From Deltaproteobacteria bacterium (GTDB lineage: Bacteria > Myxococcota_A > UBA9160 > SZUA-336): a DNA stretch of 64,000 nt. Location: contig JANNLG010000171.1 of assembly GCA_031396695.1 (NCBI GenBank), forward strand, positions 6,053 to 70,052. Reading direction: 5' to 3'. The position numbers and the translations under genes are program-made. The notes below the pieces were generated by a model, which saw only the letters and a list, made by a program, of their open reading frames with translations, was not told where the DNA came from and searched no databases. Positions 17,126 through 27,542 of the stretch are shown piece by piece; the first letter of the stretch is position 1; every line of letters starts with the position of its first letter.

Positions 17126-17748
17126 TGCGCGCTTCCGAGCTGCTCGACGAGCGCGGCCGCGCGGCGATCGCCGCGGCGGTGCAGGCGGCGGAACGCGCGA
17201 CCTCGGGTGAGATCGTGCCGGTGATCGTGGAACGCAGCGACGCCTACGCCGAGCCGCGCTTCGGCGCCGCAGCGCTGGTCGCCTTCGCATCGGGCGCGGT
17301 CGCGCTCGCGTTCGCACCGGGGCTCGCGCCCTGGCTCGTGCCGACACAGCTCGGTGTGTTCGCGGCCGGCGCGTGGCTGTTCGGCCGAGCCGCGCTGCTG
17401 CGCCGTCTGGTTCCCGAAGAAGTCGTGAGCCGGCGCGTCGCGCGCGCGGCCGCGCTCACTTTCCACGAAGCCGGGCTGGTCGAGACGCGCGAGCGGACCG
17501 GCATCCTGATCTACGTCTCGCTGCTCGAGCACCGCGTAGTCGTGCTCGCCGATCGCGGCATCCACGCGCGCGTCGAGCCGGGCACCTGGGACGAAGTCGT
17601 CGCGCGCATCGTCACCGGCATCCGCGAGCGCCGCGCCGAAGCCGGCCTCGCCGACGGCATCCGGCTGTGCGGAGAGATCCTGAGCGAGCGGTTCCCGATC
17701 CGCCCCGACGACCGCAACGAGCTACCCGACACACCGCGCGGCGGCTGA
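17125..17748 (+). CDS. TPM-domain protein (second gene of the LemA-TPM-TPM module)
   Basis: MRASELLDERGRAAIAAAVQAAERATSGEIVPVIV...GILIYVSLLEHRVVVLAD. The ATG overlaps the upstream stop as TGATG. Confidence 0.75.
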   Translation: MRASELLDERGRAAIAAAVQAAERATSGEIVPVIVERSDAYAEPRFGAAALVAFASGAVALAFAPGLAPWLVPTQLGVFAAGAWLFGRAALLRRLVPEEVVSRRVARAAALTFHEAGLVETRERTGILIYVSLLEHRVVVLADRGIHARVEPGTWDEVVARIVTGIRERRAEAGLADGIRLCGEILSERFPIRPDDRNELPDTPRGG

Positions 17749-17774
17749 GCGCACCGGGTGCCGCTGAGTCCCGT

Positions 17775-18230
17775 TCAGACCCTTTGCTTTTTCTGGCACC
17801 TCGGGCAGATCCCGTACAGGATGTGCCGGTGCTGGGTGAGCACGTAGCCGTGCTCGGCGGCGACCTTGCGCTGCTCTTCCTCGATCGTCTCGCGCTCGAA
17901 CTCGACGATCGCGCCGCAGACCTGACAGATCAGGTGGTCGTGGTGGTGGCCCTCGCGCTCGTAGAGCGTGACGCCGTCGCGGAAGTGATGCGCGCGAGCG
18001 ACGCCCGCCTCGCAGAACAGCTTCAGCGCGCGGTAGACGGTGGCGGCGCCCACGTCCGGGCTCGAGTGCAGGACGGCCTCGTACAGCTCTTCGCTGGTCA
18101 CGTGACCCTTCGCGTGCAGGAACGCGTCGAGGATCGCGTCGCGCTGCTTCGTCTGCTTCAGACCGTGGCGCGAGAGATGCTCCGACAGCTTCTCATGGGC
18201 GCGCCGGTCGGACTCGACCCCGGATGCCAT
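17775..18230 (-). CDS. fur: Fur family transcriptional regulator
   Basis: 151 aa. HHHDH...CQVCG...CPRC metal-site motifs and a winged-helix N-terminus. Confidence 0.8.
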   Translation of the reverse strand: MASGVESDRRAHEKLSEHLSRHGLKQTKQRDAILDAFLHAKGHVTSEELYEAVLHSSPDVGAATVYRALKLFCEAGVARAHHFRDGVTLYEREGHHHDHLICQVCGAIVEFERETIEEEQRKVAAEHGYVLTQHRHILYGICPRCQKKQRV

Positions 18231-18242
18231 CGTCGGGCCACG

Positions 18243-20585
18243 CTATCGGGGGGCCGAACGCCTGTCAACGCGAATGCCGAGCAAGCGCCGCATCAGCGCG
18301 CCGAGATCGGGGTCGGAGAACATGCCGAGTGTCTCGTAGACTCTCGCGAGGCGATCGCGCACGTCGCTCGAGCGCGGCGCGAGCGCGATCTCGCGCGCGC
18401 AGTCCGTCATCGCCGAGGCGTCGGTCCGGCGCACGACCTGGCGCAGCGCAAGCACCGAGAACGGCGCCATCGAGAGCTCCTCGATTCCCATGCCGATCAA
18501 GAGCGGCGCCACGACCGGATTGCCGCCGAGTTCCCCGCACAGCGAGCACGGGATGCCGGCCGCGCGCGCCGCATCGACGCTGCGCTGGATCTCGGACAGC
18601 ACACCGGGATGGAACGGATCGTAGATCCCGGCCACGCGCTCGTTCTCGCGGTCGGTGGCGAGCGTGTACTGCATCAGATCGTTGGTGCCGATCGAGAAGA
18701 AGTCGGAGCGCGCGGCCAGGTGCTGCGCGATCGCGACCGCGGCGGGCGTCTCGATCATGACACCGAGCGGTGGCATGGCCGCGCCGAGCTCCGCGCAGAC
18801 CGCCAGCAGGTGCTCGCGCGCCGCCTCGAGCTCGTCCACCGACGCGATCATCGGCAGCATGATGCGCAGGTTGCCGGTGCCGTTCGCGCGCACGATCGCG
18901 CGCAGCTGTGCGCGAAACAGCTCGGGCCGGTCGAGCAGGATGCGGATCGCGCGCCAGCCGAGCTGCGGGTTCGCCTCTTCGATCGACTCGCCGGACAGCG
19001 CCTTGTCGCCGCCCAGATCGAAGCAGCGGATCACCACCGGGTCGGGGGCGATCTGCGTCGCCACGCGCAGGTACGCGCGCTGCTGCTCGTCCTCTTCGGG
19101 CACGCCGCGCGAGCCGAGCGCGAACACCTCCGTGCGCAACAAGCCGATGCCTTCCGCGCCGTAGCGCTTCACCAGATCGACGTCGGAGAGTCCGCCGACG
19201 TTGGCCGAGAGGCGGATCTTGCGGCCGTCGCGCGTCTCGCTCGGCAGGCCGCGCAGCTCGTCGAGCCGTCCGCGCGTCTTGCGATAGCGCCCGGAGATCA
19301 CCGTGTACTCGGCTCGCTGTGCGCGCGTGGGCGCCGCGATCACCACACCCTCGAGCCCGTCGACGATCACCTCGTCTTCGGGTCGCAGCCGCGCCGCGAT
19401 GCGCGCCACGCCGGAGACGGCCGGGATCTCGAGCGAGCGCGCGAAGATCGCGGAGTGACTGGTCGGCCCGCCGTGCTCCGTCACCAGCCCCGCGATCTTC
19501 TCGGTTTCGAGCAGCACGAACTCGCTCGGCGCGATCGCCGACGCGACCACGATCACGCCGTTGCGCAGCGGCGGATTGTGCAGTCGCACGCCGAGCAGCT
19601 CGCCGACCGCGCGCTGCAACACGTCCTCGACGTCGGCGGCGCGCTCGCGCACGGTCGCGTCGGGCGTCGCGGCGAAAATCGCCGCGTAGCCCTGCATGGT
19701 CTCCACCAGCGCGCGCGCGCCGTTGCCGTGCAAATCGACGCCGCGGCGCAGCTTGGCGCGAAAGCCCTGGTCTTCGAGGATCATGATGTGGGTGGTGAAG
19801 ACGTCTGCGAGCTCCTCGCCGAAGCGCTCGCCGACGCTCCCGCGCAGGTCGTTCAGCTGGCGCACGGTTTCGCGCAACGCGCGCTGCACGGCGCGGAACT
19901 CCGCCGCAGGCGTGCGCGCCGGCTCGTAGTCGATCGCACCCAGATCGAGCCGCGGCGCGATCAGGTGCACACGTCCGCGCGCGATGCCCGGTGAATTGCC
20001 GTTGCCGCGCAGCACCGTGCCGCGCGCGAGCGGCTCGGGCGCGCTGGCGGCGAAGCGTCTACCCGGAGCGCTCTCGCGCAGCGCGCGATCGAGCAGCCGC
20101 GCGTTGAGCACGATTGAGCCCACCTGCGCCGCGATCATCTCGAGCAGCTCGAGCTGCTCGGGCGGGAACACGCGCACGCGCGCGGTGCGCGCGGTCAGCA
20201 CACCGACCGGCTCGCCGCGCACCAGCAGCGGCACCGCCACCAGCGAGCGGAAGCGCTGCTCGCCCGAGAACGACACGGTCTGCACGCGTGTGTCGAGTCG
20301 AACGTCCGGCACCGCGATCGTCTCGCGCTGCTGCAGCGCGCGGCCCGCGATGCCCTGGCCGAGCCGGATGCGCACGCGCCCGACGGCCTGCGGGTTCAGG
20401 CCGCGCGTCGCGCGCAGCACCAACGTCTCGCCGTCCTCTTCGAGCACGTAGATCGAGCACGCCGAGGCGTGCATCCAGCGCGCGACCAGACGCACGACGT
20501 TTTCGAGCGTCTCCGCGAGGTCGTGACTGCGCGTGAGCAGCCGGCCGACGTCGCGCAGAAAGTTCGCGGATGCGCCTCGAGGCAT
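18243..20585 (-). CDS. ptsP: Phosphoenolpyruvate-protein phosphotransferase PtsP (GAF domain plus Enzyme I, nitrogen PTS)
   Basis: 780 aa. N-terminal GAF domain. EI motifs GGPTSHSAIFARSLEIPAV and the PEP-utilizing C-terminus (IGTNDLMQYTLA). Confidence 0.85.
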   Translation of the reverse strand: MPRGASANFLRDVGRLLTRSHDLAETLENVVRLVARWMHASACSIYVLEEDGETLVLRATRGLNPQAVGRVRIRLGQGIAGRALQQRETIAVPDVRLDTRVQTVSFSGEQRFRSLVAVPLLVRGEPVGVLTARTARVRVFPPEQLELLEMIAAQVGSIVLNARLLDRALRESAPGRRFAASAPEPLARGTVLRGNGNSPGIARGRVHLIAPRLDLGAIDYEPARTPAAEFRAVQRALRETVRQLNDLRGSVGERFGEELADVFTTHIMILEDQGFRAKLRRGVDLHGNGARALVETMQGYAAIFAATPDATVRERAADVEDVLQRAVGELLGVRLHNPPLRNGVIVVASAIAPSEFVLLETEKIAGLVTEHGGPTSHSAIFARSLEIPAVSGVARIAARLRPEDEVIVDGLEGVVIAAPTRAQRAEYTVISGRYRKTRGRLDELRGLPSETRDGRKIRLSANVGGLSDVDLVKRYGAEGIGLLRTEVFALGSRGVPEEDEQQRAYLRVATQIAPDPVVIRCFDLGGDKALSGESIEEANPQLGWRAIRILLDRPELFRAQLRAIVRANGTGNLRIMLPMIASVDELEAAREHLLAVCAELGAAMPPLGVMIETPAAVAIAQHLAARSDFFSIGTNDLMQYTLATDRENERVAGIYDPFHPGVLSEIQRSVDAARAAGIPCSLCGELGGNPVVAPLLIGMGIEELSMAPFSVLALRQVVRRTDASAMTDCAREIALAPRSSDVRDRLARVYETLGMFSDPDLGALMRRLLGIRVDRRSAPR

Positions 20586-20616
20586 GGCTTTCAGTCTAGC
20601 CGCCCCTTCGCTGGCA

Positions 20617-20660
20617 CAAAAAAGAGAGACACGGCCCGTTCGCGGGTGCCGTGTCTCTCT
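20617..20660 (-). terminator. Rho-independent terminator downstream of the XRE gene
   Basis: On the minus strand there is a GC-rich hairpin (GAGAGACACGGC...GCCGTGTCTCTC) followed by UUUUUUGUG. Confidence 0.6.
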
Positions 20661-20681
20661 TCTCGAGCTTGAAGCTCCGGC

Positions 20682-20924
20682 TCAGTCGAGGAAGACCTGG
20701 TCTTTGTCCTCGAAGCGCATGCCGAGCGCGATCAGGATCTTGCGCTTGGTGTCCATGCGGCAGTTCATGCCCTTTTCCACGGAGTGGATCGTGCGGAGGG
20801 CGACCTTGGCCTTCTTGGCCAGCTGCGCCTGGGTCATGAGCTTGTTTTCGCGAAGCTCACGCACCCGGTTCCGCTTCCGCGGCTGCTTGTCGTCCATCGA
20901 TTCTGTGAAGCTCATGTGCTCCAT
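20682..20924 (-). CDS. XRE-family helix-turn-helix transcriptional regulator (80 aa)
   Basis: Cro/C1-type HTH (LMTQAQLAKKAKVALRTIHSVEKG). Lower GC than its surroundings. Confidence 0.7.
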   Translation of the reverse strand: MEHMSFTESMDDKQPRKRNRVRELRENKLMTQAQLAKKAKVALRTIHSVEKGMNCRMDTKRKILIALGMRFEDKDQVFLD

Positions 20925-21129
20925 TCCGCGGAGCTCCTCCCGGTCAAGTAGGGGTGCCCACCCTCATAGGCTCGCCCTTGCGTACTCACCGCATCCGATC
21001 GGGCTCGCGTTTCCGGTTCTTTAGCGGCGGCCAGCGTTTACGCGCTCCGGACTCAAAAGCCGTGCACGTGCGAGAGGCGACCGCGCGGCGGGGATTTGCA
21101 AAGGTCTTGCGCGAGCCTGCGCGCGTCGC

Positions 21130-23826
21130 GTGCCGGCATGTGATACGCAGCTGGACCGCGATTTGGGTGAGAGGGGAGAGGCTCTGGCGCAGCCCGATTC
21201 CAAGCCACGGGCCAGCCGCGCGCGGCGGATCTGGCGGCGGCTCGGCTTGTCCGTGCTGGTGCTCGGCCTCGCGTCGGCGGCCGCACTCACCGCCCTGCTC
21301 TACAGCGCCAACACGGAGTTCGTGGCCGGCGCGCTGTCTCGACTGACGGGAAGGCACGTCGAGATCGGCGCGATCTCGTTCCGGCCCGGGGCGAGCCTCG
21401 AGGTCGAGATCGAGCGGCTGCGCATCGAGGACGATTCGGGCCCCGACGCACCTGCGCTGTTCGAGGTCGAGCACGCGATCGGTCGCCAGGCCTGGCCGCG
21501 TCTGCTGGCGGGGCAGCTCCTGCCGCTCGACTGGGTGCTGGAGCGCCCGGTGCTGCGCCTGCGCGCGCCTGAGGCGGGCTCGACGGACGGCGGATTCGAA
21601 CTGGCCGCGCTGCCGCGATTGGGCTTGTCCGTCAGCGATGGCGAGCTCTCCTACCGAGCCAAGTCAGGGGAGCCGTGGGTGCTGAGCGGTCTGCGGCTCG
21701 AGACCACGCGCGCGGCCTTTGGCAGCCGCGTCGAGGGCGATGCGACCGGTCGCGTCGCGCGCGGCTCGAGCGCGCTGGGTGAGCTGGCCGTGCGCTTCGC
21801 CGCGGATCGCAGCCACGCCGAAGCGCGCGGCAGCGTGGTCGGGCTCGACCTCGCACTGCTGCCGCAGACGGCCGCGAAGGCGCGCGGCAACGCCACGGGA
21901 ACCTTCGACCTCTCGTACGGCTACGGCGCGGGGTCGATCGCGGGCAAGCTCGACCTCGATCTCGCCAAGCTCTCGATCGCCGTGCCGACGCTCGAGCGCC
22001 CGATCGCGCCGGCGCGCGCCAAGCTCGCGCTCGACGTGGATTGGAAAGGAGGCGTGCTCGCGCTGGGCTTGCGTCCGCTCGCGCTCGACGACTTGGTCGC
22101 CACCGGCACGTTCACGCTCGACACCGACAGCCCGGGCCGGCTGGCGCTCGACGTGAAGCTCGCGGACTTCGAGCCCGGCCGGCGCGACCGCCTGAACCCG
22201 CTGACGCTGCTCGGCATGAAGATCGACACCTGGCGGAAGGTGGCCGCGCAGATCGAGGCGGGCACGGTCTCCGACACGCACCTGGTGATCGACGTGCCGC
22301 GCATCACCGCCGGCGCGCGCCTGTCGTTCGACGCGCCGCTCGCGCCCGAGGCGTTCCAGCTCGAGCTCACCGCGCGCGACGGCACCTACCGGCCCGATCC
22401 CGACACGCGGCTCGAGAACATGAACGGGCGGCTCGCGATTCGCGGCAACCTGCTCGAGATCTCCGCGCTGCGCCTGACCGACGAGGGCAGTCCCACGCCC
22501 GAGATCAACGTGCGCATCGACGGCCTCGACCGACTCGTGCGCCTGCCTGACGACGAGGACGAAGTCGTGGGCGGTCCGGGAGCTGAGCTGCTCGGGCTCG
22601 AGGCGGCGATCGACGGGCTGGTCGGCGACGACGGGAGTGGCGGCGCCGAGCCGCCGGCACTCACGTTCAGCGAGCTTGCGCTGCGCTACCCGGCCTTCGT
22701 GCTGCCGCTGCGCGACGCCTCGGGCGTGCTGCGCTTTCCCGCGGGCGGAATTCACACCGAGGGCGCGCGCGGCGTGCTCGGGGGCGCACCAGCGGAGCTC
22801 GACGTGACATGGCAGCCGGCCGCCGACCGCGTCGAAGTCGGGATCCGCTTCCTCGACGAGCTCAGCCGCGGCCAACCGATCACGGGGCCGACCTGGCTCT
22901 CGGGGCGGATCGCGCTCGACTCGCTCGACATCGGCGAGCTGCGGCCCACGAACGTACTGGCGCGCATCGACGCGGAGGGCACCGACGTGCGCTTCACGGA
23001 CGTCTCCGCTGCGATCGCGGGCGGCGCGCTCACCGGCTCGGGCCAGGTGGCGCTCGGCGAGGCCGAGCGCGCGCCGTTCAGCTTCGACCTGGACGTTCGC
23101 GACTTCGACGCCGCGCCGGTCGCGACGGCGTTCGAGCTGCCCGAAGCGAGCGTGGTCGGCCGTGGCAAGGCGGCGGGTCGCGTCGCCGGAACGCTGCGGA
23201 CCGGCGGCCGCTTCGCGACCGAGGGCGAGCTCGACGTGCACGTGGAGCTCGTGAAGGGCAGCGTCGCCAAGCTGCCCGGGCTGGTGGCGCTCGCGCGCCT
23301 GCCGTCGCTCTCCGGTGTCAGCGGTCTGCTCGGCCGGCCGCTGCCGTACGACACGCTCTCGCTCGACTTCAAGCTCGCGAACGGCCAGCTCGGCCTCGCA
23401 GACGCGAAGCTGCTCGGCTCGCAGCTGCGCATGCTGGGCTCGGGCGAGATGAACTTGAACACGCCGACCAAGGAGTCCGACTTCGTGGTCGCGCTCTTGT
23501 TCCTGCAGACGCTCGACTCGGTGATCGGCAGCTTGCCGATCGTGCGCAACGTGATCCTGGGCAAGGACAAGAACCTGCTCGCGCTCTACTTCCACATGTA
23601 CGGACCGCGCGACGACATGTTCGTCACGCCGCTTGCTCCGGAGCGCCTGCGCGACATCGTCGGCTTCGCGTCGAGCGCGGTGATGAAGGGCGTGCGCACG
23701 CTCGGCGGGCTGATCCCCGGCGGCGGCGGCGAAGCGGCTCCGCCGGATGCAACCGGCCCTACGGACGAGAACGAGACGACGGACGAGACGGAGCCGACGC
23801 CGACGCCCAGCCCGTCGCCGCCCTGA
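21130..23826 (+). CDS. AsmA-family (TamB/YhdP-like) outer-membrane biogenesis protein
   Basis: 898 aa. N-terminal TM anchor. Long beta-rich body. AsmA-like C-terminal region (LGSGEMNLNTP...FVVALLF) and a Pro-rich tail. Confidence 0.65.
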   Translation: MPACDTQLDRDLGERGEALAQPDSKPRASRARRIWRRLGLSVLVLGLASAAALTALLYSANTEFVAGALSRLTGRHVEIGAISFRPGASLEVEIERLRIEDDSGPDAPALFEVEHAIGRQAWPRLLAGQLLPLDWVLERPVLRLRAPEAGSTDGGFELAALPRLGLSVSDGELSYRAKSGEPWVLSGLRLETTRAAFGSRVEGDATGRVARGSSALGELAVRFAADRSHAEARGSVVGLDLALLPQTAAKARGNATGTFDLSYGYGAGSIAGKLDLDLAKLSIAVPTLERPIAPARAKLALDVDWKGGVLALGLRPLALDDLVATGTFTLDTDSPGRLALDVKLADFEPGRRDRLNPLTLLGMKIDTWRKVAAQIEAGTVSDTHLVIDVPRITAGARLSFDAPLAPEAFQLELTARDGTYRPDPDTRLENMNGRLAIRGNLLEISALRLTDEGSPTPEINVRIDGLDRLVRLPDDEDEVVGGPGAELLGLEAAIDGLVGDDGSGGAEPPALTFSELALRYPAFVLPLRDASGVLRFPAGGIHTEGARGVLGGAPAELDVTWQPAADRVEVGIRFLDELSRGQPITGPTWLSGRIALDSLDIGELRPTNVLARIDAEGTDVRFTDVSAAIAGGALTGSGQVALGEAERAPFSFDLDVRDFDAAPVATAFELPEASVVGRGKAAGRVAGTLRTGGRFATEGELDVHVELVKGSVAKLPGLVALARLPSLSGVSGLLGRPLPYDTLSLDFKLANGQLGLADAKLLGSQLRMLGSGEMNLNTPTKESDFVVALLFLQTLDSVIGSLPIVRNVILGKDKNLLALYFHMYGPRDDMFVTPLAPERLRDIVGFASSAVMKGVRTLGGLIPGGGGEAAPPDATGPTDENETTDETEPTPTPSPSPP

Positions 23827-23853
23827 GGTAGACTCCGCCCCGCGGGTGACACT

Positions 23854-24773
<920 letters not shown>

Positions 24774-24777
<4 letters not shown>

Positions 24778-25640
24778 ACCGGGAGCTCCTGCGCTCCGAC
24801 GCCGCGCGCGCCGCGCGGGCTCTGCGCGTGCGCGCGCGCCGCGACGTGTCGACGTCGCTGACCGGCGCGTACCGCAGCGCGTTCCGCGGTCAGGGGCTGA
24901 CGTTCGAAGAGCTGCGCGACTACGTGCCCGGCGACGACGTGCGCTGGCTGGAGTGGAACGCGACCGCGCGCATCGGCCGGCCGATCGTGAAGCGCATGCG
25001 CGAGGAGCGCGACGTGGTGCTCGCGCTGCTGGTCGACCTGTCGCCCTCGCTCGACTTCGGCTTCGCGGGCGCGACCAAGCTCGAGGCGGTGCGGCGCGCG
25101 GCCGCGGCGCTGGCGGCGGCCGCGACCGCGGCGCAGGACCGCGTGGCGCTGGCCGTATTCTCGCAGCGACTCACCCGCGTGCTGCCGCCCGCCAGCGGCC
25201 GCTCCGCGCTCGAGCGCGTGTTCCGCGCGCTCGAAGCGCCGAGCGAGGGTGAATTCACCGACGCGTCCGGCGCGCTCGGCTGGGCCGCGGAGAAGCTGCC
25301 GCGCCATTCGGTGGTCGTGCTGGTCTCGGATTTCCTGTTCCCCGATCCGGGGCCGGAGCTGCGCCGCTGCGCGAGCAAGCACGACCTGGTCGCGCTGTGC
25401 GTGCGCGACCCCGCCGATCGGCCCGCGCGCGGGCTCCCGCCGATCCGCGTGCGCGACGCAGAACTGCGTCGCGCACGGTGGTGGAGCAGCAGCGCGGCGG
25501 CCGAGTCCGCGCTCGGAGCGGCGCTGCCCGAACGGAGCTTGCGCGCGATCGGCGCCGACTTCGGCGAGCTGTGGACGGGCACGCGGCTGCTGCCGAGTCT
25601 GTTGCGCTTCTTCGAGGAGCGCGCGCGGAGACGGCATTGA
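24774..25640 (+). CDS. DUF58 domain protein (MoxR partner)
   Basis: ATGA overlap with the moxR stop. DUF58 motif (RDYVPGDDVRWLEWNATAR). Confidence 0.8.
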
Positions 25641-26524
25641 GGCGGCGTGATGCACTTGCGTGCTCGGTGCTGCTGGCGCTGGCGCCGCTCGTCGGCGGGT
25701 GTCGCGAAGCGGTCACGCTCGAGCCGGGGATCGGCGCGCGCGTCACGCTCGACCGCAGCGAGGCGCGCGTCGGAGATCCGATCGGCGTCACGGTCGAGAT
25801 CGAGACGCCGGCCGGCTTCACGCTGCAGACGCCGCCCGCGCCGGGCGACGGTCCGTTCGCGTCGGACTCCCTGCGCCTGATCGCGCCGATCTCGACGCCC
25901 GCGGGTCTGCGCCACCACTTGCTCTGGGTCGTGCGCGCGCGCGAGGTCGGCGACCAGTCCCTGCCGTGGCTCGAGATTCCGCTCGTGCGGCCCGACGGCG
26001 CGATCCAGCCGCTGCGCGTCGGCGGCGTGCCGCTCGCGGTGCGCTCGGTGCGCGCGGATCTGCCCGCGCGCGAGGCGGTGTTCGACATCCGCAGCGCGCC
26101 GCCGATCGAGCCGACACCGCTCTGGGTATGGGCGCTCTGCGCGGCCGGGATCGGCCTCGCGGTGCTGGCCTTCCGCGCGCTGCGCCGGCGCGCGAAATCG
26201 CTGCAGGCCGCGAGCACCAAGATCAGCGACGCCGGCCGCGCGGCGCTCGCGGAGCTCGCCGAAGCGGAGCGCGACGGCGATGCGCGCTCGTTCGCGGAGC
26301 GCGTGCGCGCGGCGCTGCTCTCGTTCGTGGGCCACGTGTGGAGCGTCGACACCGCCAGCGCGACGCCGGCCGAGCTGTCCGGGGCCGTCGATCGCGAGCT
26401 CGTGCGCATCCTGCACACGCTCGAGCGGGCGCGCTTCGCGAAGCGGCCCGCGCTCGCACCGCTCACACCGCTCGCGTCACAGGCGCGAGAGCGGGTCCGC
26501 CATGTGGCCAATCTCCGCGGCTAG
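25637..26524 (+). CDS. Bat-cluster lipoprotein with C-terminal TM (DUF4381-like)
   Basis: TTG start in a TTGA overlap with the DUF58 stop. Lipobox LAPLVGGC. One TM segment (LWVWALCAAGIGLAVLAF). Confidence 0.5.
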   Translation: MRRRDALACSVLLALAPLVGGCREAVTLEPGIGARVTLDRSEARVGDPIGVTVEIETPAGFTLQTPPAPGDGPFASDSLRLIAPISTPAGLRHHLLWVVRAREVGDQSLPWLEIPLVRPDGAIQPLRVGGVPLAVRSVRADLPAREAVFDIRSAPPIEPTPLWVWALCAAGIGLAVLAFRALRRRAKSLQAASTKISDAGRAALAELAEAERDGDARSFAERVRAALLSFVGHVWSVDTASATPAELSGAVDRELVRILHTLERARFAKRPALAPLTPLASQARERVRHVANLRG

Positions 26525-27542
26525 TGCGCTCGAGTTCGCGGCGCTCGGCGTCGAGGCGCCGGGTCTGCTGCTCGCCGGGCTCGTGTTGGTGGCGATCGCG
26601 CTGCTCGTCGCGCTGGCGCGCGGACCGCGACGCTTGCGCGTGCCGAGTGCCGGTCGCGACGCGGCCTCGTCGCGCGCGCGGCCGGATCTCGCGTTCCTCG
26701 TCTCGGTCGCGCTGCGCTGCGCGGCGCTCGGGCTGCTCGTGCTGACCGCCGCGCGTCCGGTCGGGCTCGTGCCGGAGAACCCCGCGGCCGGCTCGGGTGT
26801 GGATCTGGTGATCGCACTCGACGCGTCGGGCAGCATGCTCGCGCTCGACGGCCAGCTCGACGGCCGCCAGGTCACGCGACTCGAGCTCGCCAAGTCGGCG
26901 GTGTCGGACTTCGTGCACGCGCGCAGCGGCGACCGCATCGGACTGGTCGCGTTCGGCGAGCACGCCTTCACGCTTTGTCCGCTGACGGTCGACCATCGCC
27001 TGGTGCAGGAGTCGCTCGCGCGCGTCGAGGCGGGCCTGGTCGGCGACGCAACCGCGGTCGGCGAGGCGATCGGGCTCGGCACGCAGCGGCTCTCGATCTC
27101 GGGCGGACCCGAGGACGGACAGCGCATCCTGGTGCTGGTCACCGACGGTCGCCACAACTCGGGCAAGCTCGCGCCGCAGACCGCGGCCGAGCTCGCGAAG
27201 CGCGCGGGCGTGCGCATCCACGCGGTCGGCGTCGGAACTTCCGGGCTCGTGCCGTTCGCGCAGCCGGGCGCGGGTGCGCCAATGCGCTTCGAGCGCGTGG
27301 ATCTCGACCGGGACACACTTCAGAGTGTCGCCGCGAGCACCGGCGGACATTTCTTCCACGCGCGTCGACCCGAGGATCTGGGCGGAGTGGCCGCGGCGAT
27401 CGACCGGCTCGAGGCGCGTCCGCGCGCGAGCGAGCCGCGCTACCGCCACGCCTCGCTCGCGCCGCTCTCGCTGTCGCTCGCGCTCGGCTTGCTGCTGCTC
27501 GAAGCCGCGCTCGCGCACGGGCTGCTGCGGCGGCTGCCGTGA
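26502..27542 (+). CDS. vWA-domain protein (BatA-like)
   Basis: N-terminal TM segments. vWA MIDAS motif (DLVIALDASGSM). C-terminal TM. Confidence 0.8.
   Translation: MWPISAASALEFAALGVEAPGLLLAGLVLVAIALLVALARGPRRLRVPSAGRDAASSRARPDLAFLVSVALRCAALGLLVLTAARPVGLVPENPAAGSGVDLVIALDASGSMLALDGQLDGRQVTRLELAKSAVSDFVHARSGDRIGLVAFGEHAFTLCPLTVDHRLVQESLARVEAGLVGDATAVGEAIGLGTQRLSISGGPEDGQRILVLVTDGRHNSGKLAPQTAAELAKRAGVRIHAVGVGTSGLVPFAQPGAGAPMRFERVDLDRDTLQSVAASTGGHFFHARRPEDLGGVAAAIDRLEARPRASEPRYRHASLAPLSLSLALGLLLLEAALAHGLLRRLP

Noticed and set aside
17373-19994. 873-aa plus-strand ORF
   Set aside because: Antisense to ptsP and fur. R-rich.
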